Origin: Octopus vulgaris | Lineage: Eukaryota | DNA: 64,000 nt | Direction of reading: 5' to 3' | Assembly (NCBI GenBank): GCA_951406725.2 | Contig: OX597822.1 | Coordinates: forward strand, 23,746,001 to 23,810,000 | Shown: piece after piece, positions 1 through 13,635 of the stretch | Layout: every line of letters starts with the position of its first letter | How positions within the stretch are numbered: the first letter of the stretch is position 1 | Position numbers and translations under genes: made by a program | Notes under the pieces: generated by a model | The model's database searches: none | Seen by the model: only the letters and a program-made list of their open reading frames with translations | Told to the model about the DNA's origin: nothing

Positions 1-1090
<1,090 letters not shown>

Positions 1091-1363
1091 ATTGGCTAAA
1101 CTGGCAAAATGACCATTCCGAAATATAACAATATCTGTTTCAACACACGAGTTCACATAAAAAATCTTGCACAACAAATATTTAAACGTACTAATATATA
1201 TATATATATATAAACAACTTATAAATAAGGGTAAACGAAAAAATTTCCAATGCCAAATATGCTGAAAACTGGACATATTGTCCATTACCATATAATTTTT
1301 CACAATACGCACGCTACTCGAAAAAAAGCCGACAGAAATTTCTAAAAAATTCCATTATTACCA

Positions 1364-1416
1364 TATCGGACCGATTTCAGGGTTAGTTCGTGAGAACCCT
1401 CCCTTCGTCAGTGATA
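1364..1416 (-). ncRNA. Minimal hammerhead ribozyme in a PLE-derived segment (~1090-1673)
   Basis: Minus strand: tatca-CTGACGA-agggagggtt...aaccct-GAAA-TCGG-TC-cgata. The segment ends in a 30-bp inverted repeat at 1594-1623/1644-1673. Confidence 0.7.
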
Positions 1417-1674
1417 AATGTGCCAAAGAAATAAATGAGATACTTACTTATACTCATGAAGAAGCAAAACACTAAGTCATGAGCACAATTAGGTACCCCA
1501 AATACATCCAAAATAGAAATACTCCAGCCCATTCAAGACACGTGCGATTTGAACTGAGGCTCTCACAGAGTGAGAGAGTCCGGAAGTGAACACTTAAATT
1601 TATATTTAATGTAGGATAAAATCATATTAAAAAATACCTTTAAGATTTTATCCTACATTAAATATAAATTTAAA

Positions 1675-3005
1675 GGCCTGTTCTTCCTGCTCCAAAAAAT
1701 CGGATGTCCACGAAAGCTGCTGAGGATCATCAAATCTTTCTATGATGATATGCAAGGCACCATACAGCACAATGGTTGAACATCAGCCGGCTTCCAAATA
1801 AAAAATGGTGTAAAGCAAGGTTGTGTCCTTGCTCCTACATTATTTGACATCTTCTCACTGCTGCTGTCACATGCCTTTGAGACATCAGATGGTGGAGTGT
1901 TTCTGTAGAAGCGATGGGAAACTGTTCAATCTCGCGCGTCTGCGTGCCAAGACCAAAATCAGAAGCGTCCTGATCAAGGAGATGCTATTTGCTGATGATG
2001 CCGCTCTGGTATCACACACAGAAGAAGCTCTACAAAAGTTCATCAACTGTTTTGAGCAAGCGTGTGGCGACTTTGGCTTAGTTATCAGCCTCAAGAAGAC
2101 CAACATCATGGGTCAGGCTACATCGGACATCCCAAACATACATATTGGAGACTACAGACTACAAGAGGTGGAGAAGTTTACCTATCTTAGCTCTACCGTC
2201 ACCTACAACCTATCCCTTGACGCTGAGCTCAATATACGCATTGGCAAGGCAGCTGCTGTGATGGCCCAACTATCCAAACGGGCATGGGACAACAATAAGC
2301 TGACCAAGATCACAAAAATGAAGATTTACCAGGCATGTGTACTAAGCACTCTACTCTATGGAAGTGAGACTTGGACGCTATACACACGCCAAGAGCGTCG
2401 CCTAAATATCTTTCACCTGCGCTGCCTCCGGAAAATCCTTCGCATCAAATGGCAGAATCATGTCCCCAACAAAGCTGTCCTCAAGCAAGCAGGAATACAA
2501 AGCATGTTTGCACTCCTCACACAAAGACATATGAGATGGCTTGGACATGTTAGCCGTATGGAAGATGGCAGAATCCCCAAGGATATACTCAACGGAGAGC
2601 TTGCTAAGGGCACTAGGTCTGTGGGAAGAGCATTCTTACGATACAAGGATGTTTGCAAAAGGGACATGAATGCCTGCAACATCAATATTACCAACTGGGA
2701 AGCAGTTACCTGCAACCGTGGAGATTGGCGACGTACCGTAAAAGATGGAACACAACGAGTGACATAGAGAGAGAGAGGAGAAATGGAAAGACAAGAAAAG
2801 ACGTCAACAAGAAAGTATGACATTACAGCCAGCCAGGAAAAGTCTTCGCTACATTTGCGGCACCTGCCAGAGGGAGTGTTTGTCCAGGATAGGACTACAC
2901 AGCCACAGCAGGAGATGTATTAGGACATGAAATGTAAACGCCGGACTAGATTATTTTATGCGCAACTCCATTGTCTCCCGAGACAAAAAGGATGCCAACA
3001 ACAAT
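1675..3005 (+). mobile_element. 5'-truncated RTE-clade LINE (RT C-terminal half, zinc finger, short CAA tail)
   Basis: KIGCPRKL, GVKQGCVLAPTLF, LFADDAAL, KKTNIM, LLYGSETW, RWLGHVSRMEDGRIPKDIL, C-terminal CGTC..RIGLHSHSRRC; contains stops and frameshifts; ends gatgccaacaacaa. Confidence 0.95.
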
Positions 3006-3296
3006 ATATATATGGATTTCGTAGACAGGAACTGAAACAAATCAATCGTATATATATGTATGTATATATGTAAGTGTAAGTGTGTGTCTTTGTCTCTGTG
3101 TTTCGCCCTCATCACTGCTTCACAACTGCTGTTCATTTATTTACATCCACATAACTTACTGGTTTCACAACAACAAACTAATAGAATAAGTACTAGGCTT
3201 ATCAGCGTAAAAAAGCACTAAGCCGTGTCTCATATTTCTGTTTGCCCACTCATTTGTATCTATCAATTTATCTTTGTATGTATGTGTCTGTGTGTG

Positions 3297-3380
<84 letters not shown>

Positions 3381-3422
3381 TGTATGTATGTATGTATGTA
3401 TGTATGTATGTATGTATGTACG

Positions 3423-3464
<42 letters not shown>

Positions 3465-3468
<4 letters not shown>

Positions 3469-4781
3469 ACACCCTAATGGGAGCCTTAACTCCCAAATTT
3501 TAGTCATTTCTTTTATGATCAAAAACTAGGTCAAAAGCACTGAATGGATCTTTATGAAATTTGGAAATTATATTCTAAGCACAAGGGCCATAACCCCCAT
3601 GACAATTCATATATTTTTGCTGTTGATGAAATTTTAACCATAGATATTAGACACAAATGAAGTAATATTTATAAAAATTTCATCTTCTTACAAAGTTAGA
3701 AAGACCCCTCCATGGAGACTTAACACCCACAATTTTGTCATTTTATCTAAGCAACAGCGAATACAGTTGTGCTCTTGGAAGCTGTAGGGTTACCCGAGCA
3801 TAAAAGTTAGGCATTATTTCTAATTCAATGGTACAACAGTGTAACAGTTTGCTTTGACATACACTTACATTGTGATTTCTGCAGTGTGGTGCATAACTTA
3901 TCAAGTAAATGAGAGGCATCTTTGCCTCCACTGATTCAGTTGCAAAGTGTTGAGTAAAGTTATTTGATTGCAGACCTCCTTTCAGTCTTTTTATTATCAC
4001 TGGGTCTCACATAGTCTCCAGATGGTAACATTGATTTCAAGGCCTTCCCAGATGAGTGACTGGTTATTCAAAGACATTTATAGATTTTAAATTTATTCTG
4101 TCCAGTTACGTATCAGTATAGTGGTCATTTGCAAACTCCAGAGGTAACACTTGAATTTCTCCTTAGCCCTCACGTCACACACCTGTTAATGTTGATTTCA
4201 GTTGGGTCACGCTCTTCCAATTGCTATAGATTCGTAATGCATCTTACCACTGTGCCTGTCACCTGGATGGTGAGGAATCCTACATTGCGAGTAGTAACGA
4301 CTAGGGTAGGGTAACTGACTGCTTATTGTGATCATTCTTCTTTTGGTTTCCTGTAGCTTTGCTCTCTTTTACAAACCCAGTGAACATATATTTCCTATTT
4401 CAAAGAAATTCAAACAATAGATATAAGACCCAAGTAAAAAAGATTTTCAACAATTCAACTTCTCTGGTTGACATTAAGATGCCCTCCCCCCCAACAGGGG
4501 CCTTAACTCTCACATTTTAGAGCTCCATGACCTTCATTTTTCAGGAGCAAAATCTTTTTAACAGGTTCAATAAGACTGGAATTTTGGAATCTGCGCATAA
4601 AAATCAGTAGTATGGGATGCATGTGGCACGATTTTTAGGGTGTGTAAAGAGGGAAATAAGCCTCATCTGCAATTTTGATGAAATTCGAAACATAGATATT
4701 CCAGTTCATTACGGAAGATATGACAGAAAAGTCTAATTCTTCAATAGAATGTAACCGAGCAACGCCGGGTATCTCTGCTAG
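3465..4781 (+). mobile_element. Non-autonomous Helitron-like element (3' end clear, 5' boundary uncertain)
   Basis: Ends with subterminal hairpin ccgagcaacgccggg followed by atctctgCTAG|t (CTAG at 4778-4781); internal subrepeats such as ccttaactcccaaatttt and gatgaaatt..catagatatt. Confidence 0.65.
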
Positions 4782-5487
4782 TACCAAATATAGAATCGTG
4801 GTATTGACAGCAGTATTTTTTTAGTACGCTGGTACTAGAAATCGAGATGTTCTGTTCATAAGCAACTAATTGTCTTCTAATGTATATTTCCTCACTGCAC
4901 TTGTCATAAAGAAGCAAAACAGAAAAGATTAAAGCAAATTATCAAATTCATTTTGACTTCTTTCGACTTGGAACAAAGAAAAGCCCTATTTCAGAGTGAC
5001 TGCAGGGTAGAGAGAAGAGAAACGAGGCGTTTAAGTACTTAAGCTTTCCTTCGTTCACGTGATCTAATAAATTAATTAACAGAGCTTAATTTTGATTCAT
5101 TTGAAATATGTTACTGGGTGACACTCTCTGATCGGCGAGTGTTACAACGTTGCTTTTTTTTTTTTACTTAAATTTATTTTGTATTTTTACTCAACGAAGT
5201 TTGCTACAAATTAAAAGGGTACGTTGTTGGATGAAAAAGGTACTTAGTTGTCTGGAGAGGGAAAAAAAATAAACCAAAAGAAAAAACAAAACAAAAAAGA
5301 CACAGCAATTAAGCATTAATTTTTTTAATGTTTTATTAGTCTTAGTCTGATTAATTAATTCATTAAAGATACTATCATTTTTATTCTATAATTATGTTCA
5401 TAGACACATGGATACAGGGGAGGAAATATTTTCACAAATACATGCCATACATTGAATTAAATAAACGGCACGTGATTTATGCAATGT

Positions 5488-5556
<69 letters not shown>

Positions 5557-5959
5557 TGTGTGTGTATGTGTGTGTGCGTGTATCAGCGTCCAGGTATCCA
5601 AATAGGAATAACCATATGTACTGAATTGAAAGCTTGCTCGGAGACAGAAGGCACATTGTAGAAATATACCGAATTATCGTGTTTCCATATCATGAAACTA
5701 TTAAAAGCTCTTATTTAAATTCTGTGTATATTAACGGATATTTATCTCTCACTGGATGGAGTACTTTTTTGTTCATCCTACCTATAATGCAACAGTAAAC
5801 TATGTGTGTGTGTGTGCATACATATATAGATATCCATTTATCTAAATAGATAAGTATGTGATAATCGTTGCTCGTGTTCATTTTCTCTTCTTTTTTCTTG
5901 TTTATATTATACAATAATTGCTTTCCCTTCTGCCTTTATCTCTAAACTGTTTCTTCCTT

Positions 5960-6560
5960 TGTTTTCCTCGGATATTTTACCTGTTGCATCATCTGCCTTT
6001 TCAACAATATTATCATTTTATATATTTTTTCACTCTCTTATAGATTATATATATATCTATCTTTTCTCCCTATTTAAACTGTTTTCTTTGGTGATTTTTC
6101 ATATTTTCTCTTTCATTCCCAACTCCCACGCCTTCCCCTAACCTACAATACAATCACACTTACACATCCTCCTCCCATAACCTCACTACTTTATACCACA
6201 ACATTCCCGGACTTGCACGCCTAGACACAACCCACATACCCACAAACACTCCTCCCAATATCCACCTTTATACTCAGATAACGTTCCAATATATATATAC
6301 ACACCGTTCATCATCATCCTCTCTTCCTAACCCCTCCCTACATAACCGCATTTCCAACCTGGCTTCTAAACTTTTCCTTCTTTCTTTCCCACTATCTTTC
6401 TTCCTTCTTATTTTTTCGCAATCTTTTATTTTCCTATTTTTCTGATGAAGGAACCGCGTCCAAAACGTCAGGACTGTTTCCTTTTGTTTTAAACGTTAAA
6501 CTAATACAATATCTATTAAAACTTATCTCATTCATTTTCATCTTCTTACTTTGCTCATTA
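5960..6560 (+). mobile_element. PLE-derived non-coding element with degenerate hammerhead (6437-6473)
   Basis: CTGATGA-aggaaccgcgtcc-AAAA-CG-TC has G12 lost; same 2-nt-loop type as the motifs at 49606, 50055 and 51666. Confidence 0.5.
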
Positions 6561-6564
6561 ACAC

Positions 6565-6600
<36 letters not shown>

Positions 6601-6937
6601 GTGTGAGTGTATGTATGTGCGTGTGTGGGTGTGTGTTAAACAAACATGAGCTAAGAGAAGTCAGAGTGGCCACAGGCATGTGCATGAACAACATAAACAA
6701 GTACAGGTGTATCAAATGGCAGATAACATAAATTCAACTCCACATAAGAAGAAGAAATTGTCCCAAGAATCAAAAATGCTCCAAAGTTGACAAGCCATAA
6801 AAGGACGAGCTTATAGTCTGGAGATAATAGGACAATCGATAAACGTGTTTATGACTCAATAAGCGTCATCAGCGCGATAACTGTCCCGTAGCCATATAAG
6901 ATTTTTTGCTAAAATTTATGTGAAATAAATTGGTTAT

Positions 6938-7093
6938 AGTTCTGAGTTCAAATTCCGCCGAGGTCGACTTTGCCTTTCATCCTTTAGGGTTCGATAAATT
7001 AAGTACCATTTACGCACTGGGGTCAATCTAATCGACTTAATCCGTTTGTCTGTCTTTGTTTGTCCCCTCTATGTGGGCAATAAAGAAATAAGA
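6938..7093 (+). mobile_element. SINE family A (tRNA-derived, Meta-domain-like), partial
   Basis: gagttcaaattccgccgaggtcgactttgcctttcatcc...gataaattaagtacc; many homologous copies in the window. Confidence 0.9.
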
Positions 7094-7129
7094 AACGTTA
7101 GTAATTTTCTTTTTATACAATTCCACATA

Positions 7130-7480
7130 GTAAAAGGTAAAGACCCCTCCACCGTCATGAATGACCATGGGATTGCACCTAGAAAGAAACCCTCCGAGGC
7201 ACAAGTCCAGGGAAGGTTGCTTATGGATGACCAGCGGCCACCGATGCATGCCGGCCTCCCCTCTCCACGCCCTGATGTTATCCAAGGGAAAAGCAAACAC
7301 AGATACAGCTTGGAACTAGTGACAGCGCAACACATTTCTATAGCTGAGGGAACTGGAGCAACGTGAAATAAAGTGTCTTGCTCAAGAACACAACACACAG
7401 CCCACCCAGTCCGGGAACCGAACTCACTATCTCATAATTGTAAGCCTGACGCTCTAACCACTGAGCCAAGCACCTTCACT
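7130..7480 (-). mobile_element. tRNA-derived SINE family C (CORE-like), full length
   Basis: Minus strand: box A tggctcagtggttagagc, box B-like gagttcggttccc, gtgttcttgagcaagacacttt, tail ttaccttttac. Relatives at ~28578, 38460, 61095-61410, 62865-63110 and 63535-63838. Confidence 0.85.
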
Positions 7481-7881
7481 TAGCCTTGGGACATGGATAT
7501 GAAAAAAGGATATATATATATATAAGCTAAGTTGAACTGTCTAAAATCGAAAGACACCTGTTGTTTTTGTCCTGTTATTATTATCATTGTTTTTTGTACG
7601 ATTCGTGTGGCATCGTCCGTTTTTCTGTCCTTGTTTCGTATACATTCGATCCTTTTTCCAAGAAATCTAATGCCCGTAGCTTAGTTTTTCCTTGGGGCTG
7701 GCCGGATCGGAGCGATCTCAAGATTAATCAGCCGAAATTGCGAGGATGATCCGGTTCTTGACTGAAGATTAGAGGCTTCGAATGACCCATCCGGTTTTTT
7801 TGTGTCGTCTATTTGAATGTTTTGCGTTCTTGTCCCATTTTGTATTTTTATATATATTTTTATACATATGTATATATATAT

Positions 7882-7940
<59 letters not shown>

Positions 7941-7941
<1 letters not shown>

Positions 7942-8228
7942 ATTATTAGTGAATTGAAGAAATGGAGTTGAACGAAGATTGAACAGAAATCGTTTTATTG
8001 CATTCTACACGTGTAGAATGCAATAAAACGATTTCTGTTCAATCTTCGTTCAACTCCATTTCTTCAATTCACTAATAATATTAAAATTCAATTATCCGCA
8101 CCAACGCATGGTTGCAACACCATATGGTTGTACCTCCAACCGTGCTGTCTTCTGCTGTGATTTTTGCTACCAAGGTATCGGTTAAACTTTTGATTAATCT
8201 ACAACAAGATTATTCATCTTTCTATTTC

Positions 8229-8232
<4 letters not shown>
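7941..8232 (+). mobile_element. PLE-derived fold-back mini-element: perfect 140-bp palindrome plus unique 3' tail, embedded in (TA)n
   Basis: 7941-8010 is the exact reverse complement of 8011-8080. The arm (aatcttcgttcaactccatt) is homologous to the post-ribozyme sequence at 21566-21622. Confidence 0.8.
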
Positions 8233-8259
<27 letters not shown>

Positions 8260-8263
<4 letters not shown>

Positions 8264-8750
8264 CGATTAGAGGTTGTGTTAATCTTATAAGGGATGGTTT
8301 CATCCAAGGAAATATACTGGCTCAATACCTAGTATTTTAGGGGAATTAATTTCCTTAAAATAATAGATGTATGTATATATATAAACCTAGTTTATATTCA
8401 TAAAAAGAAAGGAAAGAAAATGGTGATTGGGAAGTTAATAATTGTTTATTATTAACAGAAAATTAATCATCATCCCTTACAGCTGTTTCAATTAATACTC
8501 AGCAAATATTAAGTAAATATTAAATTTATATTTATATCACCTGAGCATAATATATTCAGAGGGAAAAAATATACCCTTGAATGTTTTATATATGTTTATG
8601 GATTCATTCTTTTTCTGGTCATATAAATATAAATTTAATATTTACTTAATATTTACTGAGTATTAACTGAAGCAGCTGTAAGTGAAAATGATTAATTTGC
8701 TGTTAATAATAAATAATCATTAACTTCTCAATCTCCATTTTCTTTTTCTT
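8260..8750 (-). mobile_element. PLE-derived element with imperfect ~125-bp inverted arms (8412-8537/8621-8745)
   Basis: Arms carry the ribozyme 3' half GAAA-CAGCTG-TA; flanked by (TA)n. Confidence 0.7.
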
Positions 8751-8771
8751 CCTTTATATATATATATATAC

Positions 8772-9279
8772 ATTACCAATGTTCACACAACACCACAATG
8801 CAACACAGGTTGAATAAAGAGGCATTTTTCATCAAAAAATTTCTCCCCCAACTAAATATGAACACACAACTCAATACAGAACACCACTAATTCTTCAATT
8901 GAAACCACTAACCACTATACACTTCCTACATCACTCACATCTCTAAATCCAGAGCTACTTACCTCCCTTACAAATAATCTTTTTTCTCGGGAACTATTAG
9001 ACCCGACACTGTGTATTAGCCGGTGTTTTTCAAACGATGAATAGCTTTGCGTAAACCATGATCCGTTTTGTTCTCTTACTTTATTATCATCTTATAATCA
9101 TCTCATAATAATGACTTTTATGACTCGTTTTACTACCTCAGTCAATATAAATGTATATATTTGTCGTTACCTGTCATAAATAGCCTTTTTTTATTTGCAA
9201 TGTGCATTTTCGTTGATTTTTCATATTTTACCCTTACATTTCCACGTGTGTCTTATATTTTCTTTTTGTAACATATTTC

Positions 9280-9280
<1 letters not shown>
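8772..9280 (+). mobile_element. PLE 3' end (GIY-YIG C-terminus plus UTR), related to the element at 1-880
   Basis: YQCSHNTTMQHRLNKEAFFIKKFLPQLN aligns with YQCAIGTPTQIRLNKETFFIEKYKPEFN; lies between (TA)n tracts. Confidence 0.75.
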
Positions 9281-9373
<93 letters not shown>

Positions 9374-10905
9374 TAGTTAGTATCAATGTAATTGTAGTGG
9401 TGAGTGATGTTTTTCCATGCGTTGTATTGCACTCGTATTACCTAAATTGATGCATCGAGGCTACAGAGGAACTGCTTGGGATGTGGTTTTGTTGCATATG
9501 GGATGTAGAGATGCATGACTAAAAGATTGGTTTCGGTTACTTGTATAATTGTCTCGGTTGAGAACGTTTGAAGTAAATGAGCGGCGAGGGACAGAATTGA
9601 ACAGGCGACCAATCAGCTGACTTAAAGTGCCATAATGTTTAGGAAGTTTGGAGTGGAGCCGTTGCATAGAACGTGGATGTCTGGTGGGTTCTCATAGTGG
9701 GATAGTGGTCGGGTGTAGAGACAGGTGGGTTTGATTGAAGTGGGGTTCGGAGGTGAGAGAGGTTAAGAGTGCTTGGAGTACTAGTGTGTTTCGGCATCGG
9801 ATTGGAACGAGTGTGAGAACCGAGAAGAATCGTTAACAATGAAGTCACTGAGAATGAAGATTTTAAAATGATGTTTAGTGAGTTGTGTAAAATATATCGT
9901 GGTATTTTGCTTATTTTTTCAACTTTCTGTGCTCTGAGTTCAAATCCCGCCGAGGTCAGCTTTTTCTTTTATTCTTTCGGGGTCGATAAAAGAGTAGTGG
10001 ATTGGCGAAGCTTTTGGAAGGTTGGGAAAGATACCTCGCAGTTTTCTTCTTTTCCAGCGATGACACTAATACCAAGTTGCACCGGTCTAAGTCTATGGCT
10101 TTCTCTTGGATAAACAGAGGTGATACGAAGCAAGAAGACTTGCATGTATGGATAACTACCAAGGCCTGCCCATACATGTGCAAGGAACTAGTAAACCTTG
10201 GTCGATGGAACCCCTCTCTCAGTTTTATATTATCTAATGTGTCCTTCTCTATAAGATGGCTTTGAAGGAAATATGACTATTTCCAGCAGACAGGTCCGGA
10301 GTCTGTGAGTCGAGGTGAACTCGTTGTTCACGAATGAAACAAAAAGGCAACTACAACTGTACATGTCGATTCGTGTCAGTTTGATCGACCGGGTTTTTTG
10401 CCGGCATCGGCTATTCGCTGCTCCGATACAGACTTCGTCCGCTGAAGAAAAGCAGCGAATTCCCGTCTAGAGAAGGTCTCGTTATCTCATGCTAACTTGC
10501 AATAGATGCTTTGGAATTTTATCATTTGCTCCTGTTCGTAATTTTGTCTTAACGATTGATCTATTCTGAGACAATGCGAGATCCTCACGACGGATTCGTA
10601 CATGATGACGTCAAGAATTCCTGCCGTTTTAGAACGCTTATTTATTTTTACTACATTATTTATTTATTTATTCATTTATTTATCTATTTAGTAAGTAGCT
10701 AGCTATGATATTTTTGCTAGAGCTAACTTCTCTGTGTCTCTCCAAATACAACGCGTCTTTTTGTTTCAGCCATTCACTACAAATGACGTCAGCAGAGTCT
10801 TATCAGGTATTTTCTATGTACGCCATTTGTAATTGCTAGTATGGCTTCTGCTAACTCAACTGCGTAAACATTCATCTTTTCTTCTTTTATTTTGTTCAGA
10901 AATCG

Positions 10906-11220
10906 TATCATCATCATCATCATCATCACCACCACCACCACCATCACCACCACCACCACCACCACCACCACCACCACCACCACCACCACCACCACCGCCG
11001 CCACCACCACCACCACCACCACCACCACCACCACCACCACCATCACCATCCTCACTATCACCATCACCACCACCACTACCATCACCATCACCATCACCAT
11101 CATCACCATCACCATCACCACCACCACCACCACCACCACCACCACCACCACCACCACCACCACCACCACCACCACCACCGCCGTCGTCGTTATCGTCATC
11201 ATCATCATCATCATCATCGT
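10906..11220. repeat. (CAT)n/(CAC)n trinucleotide tract
   Basis: Direct reading; explains the poly-P, poly-T, poly-G and poly-V ORFs. Confidence 0.97.
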
Positions 11221-12121
11221 TATTTTCTTCGTCGTTATGCAATTTATTTATTTCTATTTAAATAAGAACTTTATCCGTTTCTGCAAAAACTAAATAATTA
11301 AATAAATAATAATTCATTGGCGGTCTTTCATTTCTTTCTTTCTTTCTTTTTCTTTTTCGTTTTTTTCTTTCTATCTTTTTGATTAATACTGATTTGTTTC
11401 GTTTTTATGCACAAGCCAACTAACTCTACTTAAAGCCAGAACTTGTGCAAGATCGCTGTTCCATTTGTAATGGGATCTTTAAGAGCCATAAGAAGGTCAA
11501 TTATTTTCACTTTTCGTAAAGAGCTGTGAATGCCTTGGGCGATTAGAGCGAAGTGAAGACTGTTGCGATAAAATCTTGATCTCTAACAAAGACGCAGTTT
11601 TCTTATAAATAATTCAATGTGAGACACGGTTATTGTGGAATTGAGCGTATCAGTTTGGCTCTATTTTAAAGTATCTTTGCTTTTATTAATATGGTTTCTT
11701 TTGATCGGACACTAGACATATTGTTTTAAAGGAGGCGGAGGAAAAACGTGATCGATTGTATTGACTAACATGCTACTAATACAGCGTGCGGCAGAAAAAC
11801 ATCCCATATTTTACACAACTGTTAATATGCCTCTAGTGAAGTTAGACAGGTAATAATGGTGTTTCCATGTAGCTATTGTTTTATTGTTTTTTTAAGTTAC
11901 CACCGCTTTTCTTGTTTCTTTTTGTTTTGTAGGTGAATAGTGTTTTCAAATACAACGTTTCTACCTAGATTAGCTATATGGTACTCTATTTTATAAGAGG
12001 CGACAGAAAACCCTCCAATATACAGCACGGCCATTGTAGTGGCGCTAGTAAAGTTAATGAGCGAGTAAGGGTGTCTTCATGTAGCTAATATTCTACCCCC
12101 TTTTTTTTTACTCTAGTTACT

Positions 12122-12353
12122 TATTTCTCTATTGCCCATAAGGGGCTAAACATAGAGGGGACAAACAAGGACAGACAAACGGATTAAGTCGGTTATATAG
12201 ACCCCAGTGCGTAACTTGGTACTTAATTTATCGACCCCGAATGGATGAAAGGCAAAGTCGACCTCGGCGGAATTTGAACTCAGAACGTAACGACAGACGA
12301 AATACGGCTACGCATTTCGCCCGGCATGCTAACGTTTCTGCCGGTTCGCCGCC
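12122..12353 (-). mobile_element. SINE family A, full length
   Basis: Reverse complement of ggcggcgaa..ggcagaaacgttagc...aaata. Other copies at ~13242(+), 17247(-), 24396-24627(+), 39165-39398(-), 40675(+), 50681-50912(+), 59145-59577(-), 63293(+) and 63853(+). Confidence 0.92.
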
Positions 12354-12879
12354 TTCAGCTCGCCTTTTTTCTTACTTTAGTCACTATCAATATTTGGCCC
12401 AGTGTACGTCGTGCGTTTACTATAGAAATATATATCAAGAATATTGGCTGATATTTTTTGCCTTGCCTTTCTTTGAGATCTCAGCTTCCCATGAAGTCAC
12501 AGGGGAACAGCTGTATTATACAGCATGCCTTGCCATTTAAATCTGGCGGAGCACATCCCTCTCTAGGCTTGATTACAGTCGATTGATTACCGAGAAAGAG
12601 AAGGGGACAGAGGGACAGAAGAAAGGTGACAGAGACAGAGAAAGGAGAATTGACTGTCTCCTCAGTACTGGTATTTTATTTCATCGACATCCGAAGGATA
12701 AAAAGCAATGTTGACTACGGCAGGATTTGAACACAGAACACAGAGAACTGGAGCAAATACGGCAAAGCCATGTACCCTACGCTCTAACGACTCTACCACT
12801 TAGGCACTTTATGCCATCATCTTGTGGGAAGCAAATCGATGAAATACAAAGTAGACGAGCCAATGGGGGAGCATTTGTA

Positions 12880-13160
12880 CTAGGTGTGGATGTGTGGTAA
12901 AAAATTGCTTCCCACATGGAACCACATGGTTCCGGGTTCAGTCCCACTGCATGGAACCTTCGGTAAGTGTTTTTTCCGCTAGATCATGGGTCCGACCAAA
13001 GTCTGGTGAGTGGATTTGGTAGACAGAAAGTGACTATTGCTTGACAACCGGTGTTGGCGTGTTTACGTAGCCGTAACTTAACCGCTCAACTGAAATTCTC
13101 AAAGACGGTGCACCAGTATGGTCGCAGTCTGAAACAAGTAAACGATAAAAGATAAAAGAC
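12880..13160 (+). mobile_element. SINE family B (CORE-type, octopus OR-like)
   Basis: gtgtggtaa...accacatggttccgggttcagtcccactgc...aagtg...gtgagtggatttggtagac...gataaaagataaaag. Relatives at ~19215, 26070, 38766-39155, 41340, 51945-52320, 54510 and 61980. Confidence 0.85.
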
Positions 13161-13635
13161 ACAGCCGCAGCCATGTTTCGCCCCCCCCATGGCTCAGGTT
13201 TATAAACCAAAAATTTTATGTTATTATTAATTTGAAACTAAAGGCGGCGAGTTGGCAGAATCGTTAGCGCACCGGACAAAATGCTTAACGACATTTCATC
13301 CGTCTTTACGTACTGAGTTCAAATACTGCGGAGGTCAATTTTGTCTTTCATCCTTTCGGGGTCGATAAATTAAGTACCAGTCGAGCACTGGGGTCGATAT
13401 AATCGACTACTCCCCTCAAGCCAAATTTCAGGCCTTGTACCTATAGTATTTTTTTTATTATTATTGATGAACAGATGTGTTACATCATGCAAAAAACCCC
13501 GTCTTCAGCAGGTGAATATATGCAAGAAACATTTTGAACAGCTCAATAACAAGTACAAAGTACCATTTTGACTCTACCGATCAAAATTCGGTCAGGGAGT
13601 ACCTGGTTAGCTTGAATCCTGGAGATTTTATATAT

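Noticed and set aside
7755-7795. CTGAAGA...GAAT as a possible hammerhead in the 7530-7860 repeat
   Set aside because: No GAAA, no palindromic loop 3 and no stem I pairing.
10002-10265. 87-aa non-repetitive ORF as a possible host exon
   Set aside because: No recognisable domain, and it is sandwiched between dispersed repeats.
10412-10460. Hairpin attcgctgct/agcagcgaat containing CTGAAGA
   Set aside because: A single 10-bp stem with no ribozyme 3' core; compatible with chance.
10789-11293. Poly-Pro (formin/extensin-like), poly-Gly and poly-Thr ORFs
   Set aside because: A CAC/CAT trinucleotide tract is open in most frames, with no flanking domain or convincing splice sites.
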